This document shows positions 47,822 to 59,800 of a DNA stretch of 64,000 bases, piece after piece. Within the stretch, counting starts at the first letter, position 1. Every line of letters starts with the position of its first letter. Made by a program: the position numbers and the translations under genes. Origin of the DNA: Klebsormidium nitens (lineage: Eukaryota > Plantae > Klebsormidiophyceae); the NCBI GenBank assembly GCA_000708835.1, contig DF237015.1, forward strand, positions 124,001 through 188,000. The letters run 5' to 3'. The notes beneath the pieces are model-generated. The model saw only the letters and a list, made by a program, of their open reading frames with translations, was not told where the DNA came from and did not search any database.

Positions 47822-50800
47822 ATGGAGGACGAGGACGTGCCCATGGAAGAGGCTGGAGAACCATCTACGCCTGTTCGTTCTGGGAAAAGACCGCGACCGT
47901 AAGTTGTTGCTTGAGGCGTGAAAGGCTTCCCCCTTGGAAGCAATCCGCAATTTACCCTGCTCTGGCCACTGAGCAGTTGAAAGACTGATTTTTTTTTCAC
48001 GTGCTCCGAAACAGGACGTTTCTCTGCCGGAAACCCTTGCTTGTCACCTCGAGTATACAAGAGTGTGCAGAGGGCTTTGAAAGAGGCAGGATCCCTGTCA
48101 AAGTCGCATCATAGGTGCGCTCCATATGGCGCATACGGCATCATGCAAGCACCTGTGATTGGCAAAGTAATCTATAGAGTTATTCTGGCACTCGAAAGCT
48201 TGTAACCCTTGTACTGCCGCTGCAGGGACGACGAGGAGGACTTTCGGGTTGGTTCCATTATGCGCTTTGACCTCAAGGACTTCATGACGTACAAGGACAT
48301 GTCATTCTGCCCCGGCCCCCGCCTGAACCTCTTGGTCGGCCCCAATGGAACGGGCAAGAGCTCCATCGTCTGCGCCATTGCGCTGGGGACTGCCGGCTCT
48401 CCCAATGTGAGCAAACTGCGGTCACTCTACTCGAGCATCTTGCTGCCCTATGACTGACTAAGAGAAAGAGCATTGGATCTTGTTTTGAAGACCAGCTGGT
48501 TAAGACCAACACGCATACAAGATGGTTGAACATGAGGTACAGCTTCAAGCAAGGGTCACTGAACAGGCGTGCATGGTATTCAGCGACTACCAGCTTAACA
48601 TTGTAAAGGGAGTCACATTGTTAATGAGAAGGATACTACAAGACAAAACATGTGCAGATCACTCACGTCATGTCTTGCTCATCATTTGGTTGTGTGGTTG
48701 CCTCCAGCTTCTCGGACGGGCCGGACAGGTCGGGGACTATGTCCGGAGGGGCGCAGAATGGGGCAGTGTAAAGCTGACCTTACGGGGGAAAGAGGAAGGG
48801 TCTGCGATCTCTGTGTACCGCAAGATATACAAGAACAACAACTCCCAATGGCAACTCAATGGTGAGGCCCATGCGATGAGGCTCCACTCTTGGACAGGAT
48901 ATGACCACTTTTACAAGGAGATTTGGCTTGAGAACGCGCTCCATGTGATCTGGCCAGCAGGACTATGCCCTCAATAGCGCGGAAGTCAGACTTGTTTCAG
49001 GCTTGCCTGTCTACATTGTCTCAGGCTTGACACACCAAATGATGTTTGCAGGGAAGAACTGCCGACAGGAGGATGTTAAGCGTGTGGTTAAGGAGCTCAA
49101 CCTGCAAGTTGGGAATCTCTGCCAGGTACGCGTGCTCGTCCTCGTTGACCTCTGCCACTGCTCCTGAAAGTAAACACTCAAGTCCATCCATGGTGTTTAT
49201 TTATTGTGCCTATCTTCTCGTAAAAGCACAGGCAGTACTGCCAATGCCGATGACCCAGTGCTTCCCTGTTGTACGGATATCAGAATCAAGGAGCTCAATG
49301 CTTATACGAAAGCAGCAGGCCAGTCCTCATGTTGCTCCTCTCATGTCACTTTGCGTGCAGTTTCTACCCCAAGACAAGGTGTCCGAGTTTGCAAAGATGG
49401 ACCCCATCCGGTTACTGGAAGAGACGGAGAAGGCAGCGGACAACGGCCTTTATGAGCTGCATCAAGACTTGGACAAGGCCTCCAAGGACGTCAAGGGCCT
49501 TGACACGGTAAGTTCCCCGCTTCTAGTTATCCCCAGGCCTTCTACATGTCAGCCTTTCCTCTTACTTTTCAAGTCTAATCTACTACTTCGAAGTAACACG
49601 CAAGCCTTCCACATGTCACCCTTTTGATCCTGCAGGCTGCCGCTGGAAACCAGCAATCTTCTATGAAGTAGCGGCAATCGACGTGCGTTTTGATTTCAAC
49701 CAATCTGATAAGCCTATTGGCCCTTCTGCAGACGGTTGAGCAGCACCAGCGGCAGCTCGAGCGTTTGCGTGGAGAGCAGAAGTCGCTGCAGCCGGATGTG
49801 GAGCGCATGCAGGAGCGGGAGAAGAAGCTGGAGGAGGTGAGCAAGACAGCAACGCAAACATTGGCCCGTCTCCACACTTTTACTGTGCTATAGCTTTGTC
49901 ATGGGTAAAGATCCCTGGAGGAGATGAGCATACCTGCAATGCAAGATAGGCATGTCCCAACTCTTTCTCGTAATGTGATAGTTTGTCACAGGTACTGGTC
50001 TAATGCCTCATAAGTACTTTCGAGGACATTCTGGCACAATCTTGTCTGTGACACGCCGACTTAGTCTTCAGTTTATTGTCATGGAACAATTGTGTATGAG
50101 GAGCACTGCTCTTCATTTGTATGAGTTCGACGGGCACATCTCGTTTGAGGCGCATGCTTTGTGAAGGTTCCAGCACAAACGTCTGGCCATATTTTAAAGC
50201 TGGCATCGATCGCTTCTCTCTATATCAGACTTCATGGATTGCTTGTGCAACTCTCTCGCTGCAAGGCGGAAGTCATACAACGCTGTTGCTCACACTTGAC
50301 TGCTTTTCACAAAATCACAAGGAAGTAGAGCAGGCAGTGCTCAAAGCCACCTTCATAGAAACCTTGTAGAAACTTCGAAGTTCCAAAAGCTTGTCCGCTC
50401 GCACGAGCAGGCGAACCTGATGAGCATGAAGCGGCCGTGGTTGGAGTTTGACAAGGCCAAGGTGGACATGGCGCAAGCAAAGCAAGCGTTTCAGGAGAGC
50501 AAGGCTACGAAGCAGGAAAAGGAGGCTGAGATTAAGCACCTGAAGGCGCCGCTCGAGTAAGGGTCTCTTTACTCGTTCGAATCGTTTGATTCGATTCAAC
50601 TTCCTGTAAAAATTGATTATTCGACTTTGGGTCGTCATCTTTCTGAAGCGGTTTGTGCAGAAGCTGGTCCATTTCTTTTCGCACCAATCTTTGTCATTCA
50701 GGAAAGTAAGAATACCAGCATTTGCCTCGTTGCTGCAGTCATTAAGGACGCTCCCCTGTCTCTTTAAATGGTTCTCCTCCTTGAGAACTACCAGATGCGC

Positions 50801-53800
50801 GCCTCGTTGTATCCCTAGAAATAGTGAGAAGGCGGCGCCAAAGCTTCATGATCAAAGAAGATTGCCACAACTTTTTTGGGGAAAGAAGGGCTCAAAACGG
50901 TCTGTTTCTGAAGTGCTCCCTGGCCGTTCCACAGGAAAAAGAAGGCGGAGAAGGCTGCGGCGACCGCTGCAAGCAAGAAAGCGCAGGATACTGCCAGGAA
51001 GCTGGAAGCCAAGAGGACAGAGTTGGGTGATGTGTCGCAGGACCTCGTAAGTGCAGCAGTTTTTCTGCCTACTTTCCTCCCGGATTTGAGCTGCTTCGCG
51101 TTCATCTTTTTTTGAATTACATGGTACTAATTGCTGAAGTTTTACGGCTCAAAACAGACTGTCACTATGATCGAGACCGGAAACGAACGAGCGGAGAATT
51201 GTGCAATCTGAGGGGGCGAAGGAACTTGCGTTAAGAACAAGCTTCCCATACCCTCCGTAATCAAGCCAGCAGCTGGAGCGAGCAGAATCAAGACAACAGA
51301 GATGGAACCCGCAAATAGCTAGTAGCTGGCACAACTGAAGCTACATAGAAAGCAGAAATCTTGCACTTTCTACTCGTAAGTTCAGCAGTAATCGTTCACA
51401 TTTTCTCTCTGGACAGGAGAACAGAGTGGATGCGAAGGAGAAGGAGATCGAGGGAGTGAAGCGGGCAGAGCAGCAGCGGCTGGAGAAGCTGGACAAGGCT
51501 CAACAAGAACTAGAGGCGGTGGAAAAGGAGCTAGAGGAGCTGCCGCCGTACCAGCCCAAGACGGAGGAGCTCGTGAGTAACACCCGTCTCTTGCTTCCGC
51601 TCTGTACGATTTCCTGTCTGTATCGTTCGTCAAAGATGAGGTGATTACAGGATACACCTGCAGGAAGACCACAGGGCTGATTGGAGTTCAAAGCTCTCAA
51701 GTCCGCTTTGCACTGAGCGGGTCCCTCGAACCTTGTGCTAAAATGCGAGGGCGGTGCAGCAGATAGGAACGATACATTGTAAGCAGGGGAATCTGGTCGG
51801 TTCAATAGAAAAGCGAGACTGCTTAGTTTCTGACCAGCGCGAATCTCAATCAGCGACTCCTTTCTTTTGCAGCAAGCTCTGAAGGGGCCGTACATGGAGG
51901 CGGAGGCGCATGTCAAGAGATGCACGGCGAGACTAAATCAACGATTCGAGTGTCAGCCTTCTAAGCAAAAAGAGACTGACGAATGGCATCTTCCTGAATA
52001 CTCGCAGCAAGCTCTGAAGGCGCCGTACATGGAGGTCGAGGCGCGAGTCCGGGAGAAGCACGGCGAGATCAGCGAGGCGGAGGAATCGAAGCGGGGCGAC
52101 ATGCAGAAGCTGGCGTGGCTGGACCAACAGTGAGATTGAGAACCCTTTGAATCATTCCCGTCTGGCTCGTTCCGACTCTCGAAGTTGCTACGAAAGGGAG
52201 AGTTTGTTCCCTCAGTGTTTCACTGTACGAAGCCGCTCGATCTAGGATACGAGTCTGACGCACAAGGGAGGTTGACCATATGGAAAAGCTCGAATCCGCT
52301 CTTGGTGCTCGGTTATCCGGTGTTTCTCACTTGCAGCCCAGTGCCTTCAGCGATCAGTATCATCTTCGCTATGGCAGAATTTTGCACCAACTCACTGTGA
52401 CTGCAAGCACTGCGGATGTGGACCCCTAGTCCAACTGCATGTATTGAGTCTGATTACCTGAAGGAATTGGATCGTTTCTTAAGTTCTGCCCTTCTTATCA
52501 GCGATTAAACTCTATTGAGACGGTCGGAAGCGCAAGCGGTTCCGTTCAAGAAGAGACTTCAAAGTGAAAGAGCGACTTATACGAAACATGAGTGAGTTGG
52601 GAACCATTGCTAAGCTCTCCGTTTTTCGCTCCGACAGGATCAAGCAGATGGAGGACGCCAAGAGCCGGCGGCTGCAGGCGCTGAGCCGTAACGGCAACTC
52701 CCGCATCTTCGACCTTGTGCGGCGACTCAACGAACTGCGCCCTCAGCTCAAGGGACCGGTCTATGGGCCAGTCTTGCAAGAGGTGTGGCAGCGTCTCGTT
52801 CGTCCACGCATCTGAAAAGAATCTTGGTGAATATCCAGTGCCGCCTTTCAACACATTTAACGAACCACTGACACTCCGCCAATCACTCTGAGAGCTCCTC
52901 ACCACCCGCTTTTTCCTTCCGATGACCATGCCAACACTCTCTCTTGCCGGTGACGGTGAACAAGTGGCCACGCGCAGTTCCTGAGAGCCACCACTGGTCG
53001 ACTTTATCTGTACATCCAGTTCTCTCTCCGAACCGCTTTGAAGCTTTAAGTACCCCCTATCTTGCCAGATAAGAATGGACATCCGGCAGCAAGTGCAGTT
53101 TCTTTGCCTAGCTGACCGCTGGAAGTTACCTGACCACTCCCATCACTCCTTGCCACCCGCTTTTTCGTCCCGACCACTCCAACACTCTCGTTCGCAGGTG
53201 ACGGTGGACAACCAGTTGCACGCGCAGTTCACCGCCAACTTCATGTCATTTCCGGCCCCGACCGCTTCATAACTCTCGTCACCCGCTCTCTGCTGGTGAC
53301 GGTGACCATCTGGCCGCAGGCGCAGTTTTTGGAATTCCATTGGCCCAATTCAGTTTCTAATCAACCGAGCGCCTCAAAATTATCCTCCCCCATTTTGCAG
53401 GTGACGGTGGACAAGCGGCGGCACGCGCAGTCCCTAAAAATTAGTGCTCCACAGCAACTCTATTCCGTTTGCTGTCGACCCGGTTCCCTCTTCCGAGAAC
53501 TTCAAATCTTTCTTTCGCAGGTGACGGTGGACAACCGGCTGCACGCGCAGTTCTTGGAGAAGCAGTGCCCCAAGTACGTGTGGACGGCCATCGTGTGCTC
53601 CGACCAAGACGACAAGACGCTGCTCGACATCGAGCTGAAGCCCTTCTTCGGGACGGTCATCCGGCGGGACCTCAACGCACCCTCCTACGTCAGGACGAAG
53701 TTCGCAGTCTCGGAGCAGGTGCGGGTTCGGCTCTTATTGCTTGGGCTTGACGGCAATCACGGAGTTTTGATTGGCTGTGAACCTTGAAATCTGGAAAGAG

Positions 53801-56800
53801 CGAGGGCGGGGCGTTGATAATTTGTCGACAGCTTTGTTTGAGCAGGGAAGATGGACAAAGACTGCAGATGCGGAATCATTCACAGAATCAGCAACACACA
53901 GCTTGCAGCAGCGGTTTTTGTGCCCCAGGTCAAGTCGCCACATCACTAACTCTCGAGGATTCTCTAGAGCAACCCTCAACGAGGACTCCCGTCTCTGGGA
54001 CTCCTCCGACTGCCGTTGTCTTCGTTCGAAACAAAACTCAGGCTCGTTCCATTCCTCCTGAATGATCTGAATTCTTGGGTTGGATTGTTTGCAATCAGCA
54101 CCTGACATCCGAGGACCAGGACCAATTACCGATGATAAAGTCTGCCCACTTCCAACTTCGACAGGTTGCATCCACTTATAAGACGCAAGTCTATCTATTT
54201 AGTTCTACCTTTTTGTTTGGCTTCTGAAATCCACCGTCTATTCTCGGTCCGCAGATGAAGCAGGCGGGCGTCCTCGGCACGCTCGACCAGCTCTTCACGT
54301 GCCCGGACCTCGTCAAGGAGGCGCTCTGCGATGCGGCGATGCTGCAGAAGTCGGTGAGGCACCGTTCTTTTGGACTGCTTTCAAACTTTAGGTGATGGAC
54401 TGTGTGGAGAAGTCTTCCAGCTATTCTTGCACCACGGTGCTTAGAGATACGTTGTCTTTGCGCGCCTTGAACATCGTGTTCTGAGGACGAAGCCGGGCTT
54501 TTTGAAGTGGCTGCTGACGTCATCATTGCAGACAGTATGACGTCACACCTTCCCCCTTGCTCTCTTTCGCAGTACTTCGGCAACGAGCGCGCGGAGGACA
54601 GCGCGCAACAGGTGGTCGAGCACTTCGGCATCCAGGACATCTGGCTGCCCAACACGCACCTGCGGACGACCCGGTCCAAGTACGCCGACGCGCGCTCCAC
54701 CAACGCGTCGTCCCTCCGGCCGCTGAAGCTCTTCTCCGAAGGTAAGCATGGAGCTTCGTACCTTGCAGCGCCTGTTCCTCAAGTGTACGGACGTCGAGGA
54801 GAATACCGTGCGCCTTCTAAGGTTTCGAGGCTGTGCGATAAGTTGTCAGTCCGCCAAGAATTGTGGGTTGTGTATGACCAAGGACTTACAAGTCTTGGCA
54901 CAAGTGTTATAAGAAGTTTCGGCACACAGGCTCACGTTGAGGTCGTCTATCGCAGATATCTCCCTTTCTCGCTGGTATCTTCTCTCAGTATGGAAAACAA
55001 ACTAAACTCCCTTCCTTCCCATTCTATCCCCTACATTGTCGGGTCCTGTGCAACTGCCCCGTACCCGATTCTACCTCTTTATGTCATAGTAGTTTACCAT
55101 CATCCTCGAGAACGTTGGACGAGATGAGAAAGAAGCGATTCCCGCTACCGAGCGCGAGTTCTGACAGTTGGGCAACGGAACGGGACCCAAAGCCGTTTCG
55201 AGCAAGCATCTAAGCAGAGTCTTTTCATCCAGGTGTGAACACGAACGAGCTGGCCGGCTTGAAGCAGCAGCAGCAAGAGTTGTTTGCGAGCGTGCAGCAG
55301 AAGGAGGCCCAAGTTGTCGAGTTGAAGCGAGAGCAGGCGGAACTAGAGCGAGCGGTCGCCGAGCTCAACCGTCAGCGGGTGCGTCAATCCACCCAACTTC
55401 CTCAGCCTTCCTCAGCCTTCCTCCAGTTTTACGTGTTGCCCAACGACGATACAATCGTCCTTTGGATCTTGTCGATGAGAGTGTGCGGGGCGGAAAGGGT
55501 GAGAAGATGTGACAAAGACTTCAAAAACTGGAGGTTTGAGAACAGAAATTTCGGTGACTCCCCCTTATGACGCTGATCGAGAAGCTGAAGCCTTAATATC
55601 ACATGTCCATTGTGCTCTGCAGGAGACTCTGGTAAGGAAGAATCAGGAAGAGAAGAAGCGAAGGACCGACTTGGAGCGCAAGATAGGTGAGCTGGGCTGC
55701 TTATCTCAAGATAGCTCGTTAAAACACGGAATCTTTCGGGTGCTGCTCATTACCGTCTAAGATGCTGATCAACGTCAAACATACAGAATCGCGGTATCAA
55801 GTAGCTGACCCTTCAGTTCCTGCCCAAGAGACCCACGGATCCCTTGTGTTATAAACAGAACCTTTTGCTAAGAGGTTTGAAGCTTTCGGGGCCTTTTTGG
55901 TTTTCAGGTTTTTGTTTGTTCCAGTTATCGAGGTACGCCGCCGTCCATATTATATGCAATTCATTGAGTTGAGGCTTGAAGAAGGCCTCATTTAGAGTTC
56001 CTCACTAGCATTGAGAAGCAACTAACAAAGAGCAAAACGAAGAGTACGAGATACCAACAACTTCTCGTGTGTGTGCTTGCGGGCGCGACTCGCATGCAGG
56101 CTCAGGTAACTTGCGCAGCCCGCCGCCGAGGTGTCCCCCGAGTCGAGGCCACTCGCTGACATTCCGGATTGACACCAAGGGCGGGTGTCCACAGAAGTCA
56201 CGTGAAAGCACGATTCCTACAACAAACCAAACAACCAAAGCAAAAACTGTCGCACGGTCTCTTCCCAGACGTGCGGTGCAAGAAGGTCGCGTCATTTGCG
56301 CAGCCCGCGGACGTGGAGCACGCTGAGCTTATTCTCAGCGGCCGACATCTCGCGCTATGGAATCATACGCGTACTTAAAAAGCCGGAAGCCATGAAAGCA
56401 TACAACCACAAGAAATGAAGCTCAAGTTCTTTGCTCTGCTTCCAGACATGCGGCGCAAGAAGGTCGCATCGTATGCGCAGCCCGCGGACGTGGAGCGCGC
56501 CGAGGCGAAGCTGCGCGCGGACATTGCCGCGCTCAACGACGCGCGCTTCACCAAGGCTCTCGCGCTGCGGGACACCTTCCGCGCGCTCGTCGACGCGCAG
56601 ATGCAGTACAGCGGCCTCGTGCTGGACGCCGCGAAGCTGGAGGAAGACGTGAGTGCATCAAACATGATGTTTTTCAGTGTTTAATCTTTTAAGTTTCTGG
56701 GGTTCTCGTTTAGAAAGGTTGGCACCCGTCAAGAGATGGTCGACGCGCAGACGCGGGACAGCGGCCTGGTGTTTGACGCCGCGAAGCTGGAGGAAGACGT

Positions 56801-59800
56801 CACTCTTCCGTATCCAGGAACTGTGTGCGTTTCGACAAAAGACTGTGTGTAGAGCACTGCGGGTGACTCGCGCTCCGGAGAGCCGAGCTCAAACAAGACG
56901 TCAGGACTTTGGGCTTTAGGTGGGCTGTAGGTCTCCCCATCAGGTCGGGCTTCAGTCTCCGACCCATCTCACATTCAGCTCGGTGATTGCAAGAACACAC
57001 ACTCGTCGCTTTTGTCTTCCCAAGTTGTACAGTGCTTGCTCAATTGGGTCGGCTCTGCGTACCATCATGTAATGACTGTTTGTACGGTGGCTTTTCGTTT
57101 TTCACAGGTAAACAGGCTGCAAGAAGAGTTTGACGAGCAGAACCAGGCAGTGGTGGCGCTCGAGGAGGAGCTTCGGCGGAGTGAGTCTCCCGTCCGACGC
57201 TTGACCCACATTCGCTCCAGTTCGATACGTCAAAAGGCTAACGCCACGGGCTTCATAAGTTGCCCGCTTTTTAGCCGTCGGAATGATCTATCCCTGATCG
57301 ACGGAAGACGTTACTTGATGCTGATTGGCATGTCAGAAGGTGCAAGAAGGTTCTTAGCATTCGTTTCAAGGATCATGCGTCTGACACAAATTCCTGACGT
57401 TGGAGAGCAGAGTTATTGAGATCAGTCGCAGCTGGCACGCTACTCATTCTCGAACCGTGACGTCGTTTCAGACAAGGCGCAGTACGAGAAAGCAAAGAAC
57501 ACCCTCAAGGAGAAGCTGGCCTACGCCCACTCGGTGTGCGAGCCCGGTATTCACAACGAAGCCTGGGAAAAGGTGGGTCTTGCAGCAACTGAGACGCACT
57601 TTCTTATTACGTAGCAATGTGAACGACACTCTGTTTATGTAGGAAGTCCTTGTAATGAAGTTGAGCTTATGCTTAGACAGAAAGGTAATGCCGCCTAGCG
57701 GATGCAACAGTACTTGCGGAAGCCCGCGACAAAGAAATTTCCGATCCGTTTGTCTTGCCATCCCGAGGCCGTTGGTGACCTTCGGCTGCTTGGAACCGAG
57801 GACCCTGGTTTGAATTTATTTGCCAATTTCTTCAACAGGCACTGCGAAACGCCCTTGTGTTCTCTCGCCTGGCTTGCCCGTTTCTTCATCCCTCGCATTC
57901 TTTCCGGAAACGCCTTGGAAGCCTGTTTTTTGCATCGTAAGCTTTTGCCAACGTTGCTTTCTCCAACGCACCGAAGCACGCGTTGTGTTCTCTCGCCCAC
58001 TTCATCCAATCTTCGAAGTTCTTGCCAAACTCTTCTCCAAAAGTCCTTGTATCTGTGCCAAACCCTTTTCTTGCCATTGCTTTGCTCAGTTCCCGGACAC
58101 GATTGAGGCTCTGGACGAGGCCATCGAGGACCTGAAACTAGAGGCGGAGCGCATTATCTGCGACAATCCCAACGTCCTGCGCGAGTTCCAAGAGCGCGCG
58201 CGCAGCGTGAGCCGCCTGACGTCACCAGTCATTTCAAATCTTTGCGAATCTTGCTTATTGATCTGTGTCTCTAAAAAAGTTGGCTCTCTGCACCAGCCGG
58301 CTAGCCTATTTCGGCTTCTGAGCCGGCAACTTTGACTGAACGTTACGCTGACTTTGCTTCGTAGTATAGAGGCGGCAACCCGCCCCAACTGGCTATTTAG
58401 CCTCACATTAGTTTGAAAAGCGGCACATTTGAATTAGCGCCACCTCAACTCTGCATTTCTGGGGGGAACACCGATTGCACCAACCGACTTGGATTGATAT
58501 ATTCAGTCCCAGGTGTTAGCAGCTGATTATGACTCACTGCTCAATGTAGCGAACTTTTCTTCATAAAGGTGCCCAATCAGTTGCCCGCTGATCCTGCTCC
58601 CGTCAGAGTATCTGATGATATGCGAAAGGGTTACAGCTCCTTTTGCTCCTTACCAATTTGCGATCTGGAGGCGAAGCTAGAAGAGGAGGGTTTGTGTCTC
58701 CGAGCTGGCGCGAAACGATTGATTGTTTGTTTCCTTTTGGTACAAAAAGGCTCTCTTTATTCCTTCCAGATTGCGGATCTGGAAGAGAAGCTGGAGGACG
58801 AGCTCTCAGGCCAGGCCGGCAAGCACGATAAGATTGAAGAGCTCAAGGTGAGGCACTTCAAGGTCTTCGCTTTACGTCGGAGCGTTCTTTGGTCATTAGG
58901 AATAATGGTAAAAGGCACCCCATTATTGGGAATTCTTCACAGTGATAGTCTGCTCCCTCTACCGTTATTAACATCTGACGCGGCATTAAACGACCGTAAT
59001 GTACTTCGTACAGTTTTTGGACTTGCTCTGTTACGCAGTACAGCAACCCGGAGGCCTCACACTTCTTCTGCGCCCCTTGACCCTTTCACGAACTTTTGGA
59101 CTAACATGTGCCGCACTGCCTGCCGCTCTATTGGGATAAACTTACTGCAGACTGGGGACTTGCCGATGGAGGTTCGCTTCTGACGACACTGTCTTGAAAG
59201 CAACTCGATCGTTCTTGATGCGCGCGAGCTTCTCAACTTTGTAATCCTTAGCCCGTTAGTTGTGACACTGACTCCGGACCCCCGTTCTGCAGGCCCAGTG
59301 GCTGCCCCAGCTGCGCAAGGTGGTCGCGCGCATCAACGACACCTTCTCGCACAACTTCGCCGAGATGGCCGTCGCAGGGGAGGTGGCGCTCGGTAAGGTT
59401 TCGAAGTTCCTAAGAGTACATGTCATTGCTGTTGTAGGTGTTCATCATTCAGTACTGCTGCCTCTGCAGTACCTGGAAGCTTGTAAGGTTCATTTGGTTG
59501 CATACAATTTTGCAATGGATGTCATCTTGCAATCCAAAGTCCACTGAAAGAAAGGCTTCCTTTGCCCAGGCCAATCAATGGCCGTCGGTCGGAGGAAGGA
59601 CGTACTTTCTTACGTTGGTACGTTGGTAGTTGTTACGTAAGTTACTTAACGTAATTACTACTAGTAGACGTTCCTACTATAATNNNNNNNNNNNNNNNNN
59701 NNNNNNNNNNNNNNNNNNNNNNNNNNNNNNNNNNNNNNNNNNNNNNNNNNNNNNNNNNNNNNNNNNNNNNNNNNNNNNNNNNNNNNNNNNNNNNNNNNNN

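Noticed and set aside
55390-55425. CTTCCTCAGC micro-repeat in an SMC5 intron
   Set aside because: Ordinary short slippage duplication.
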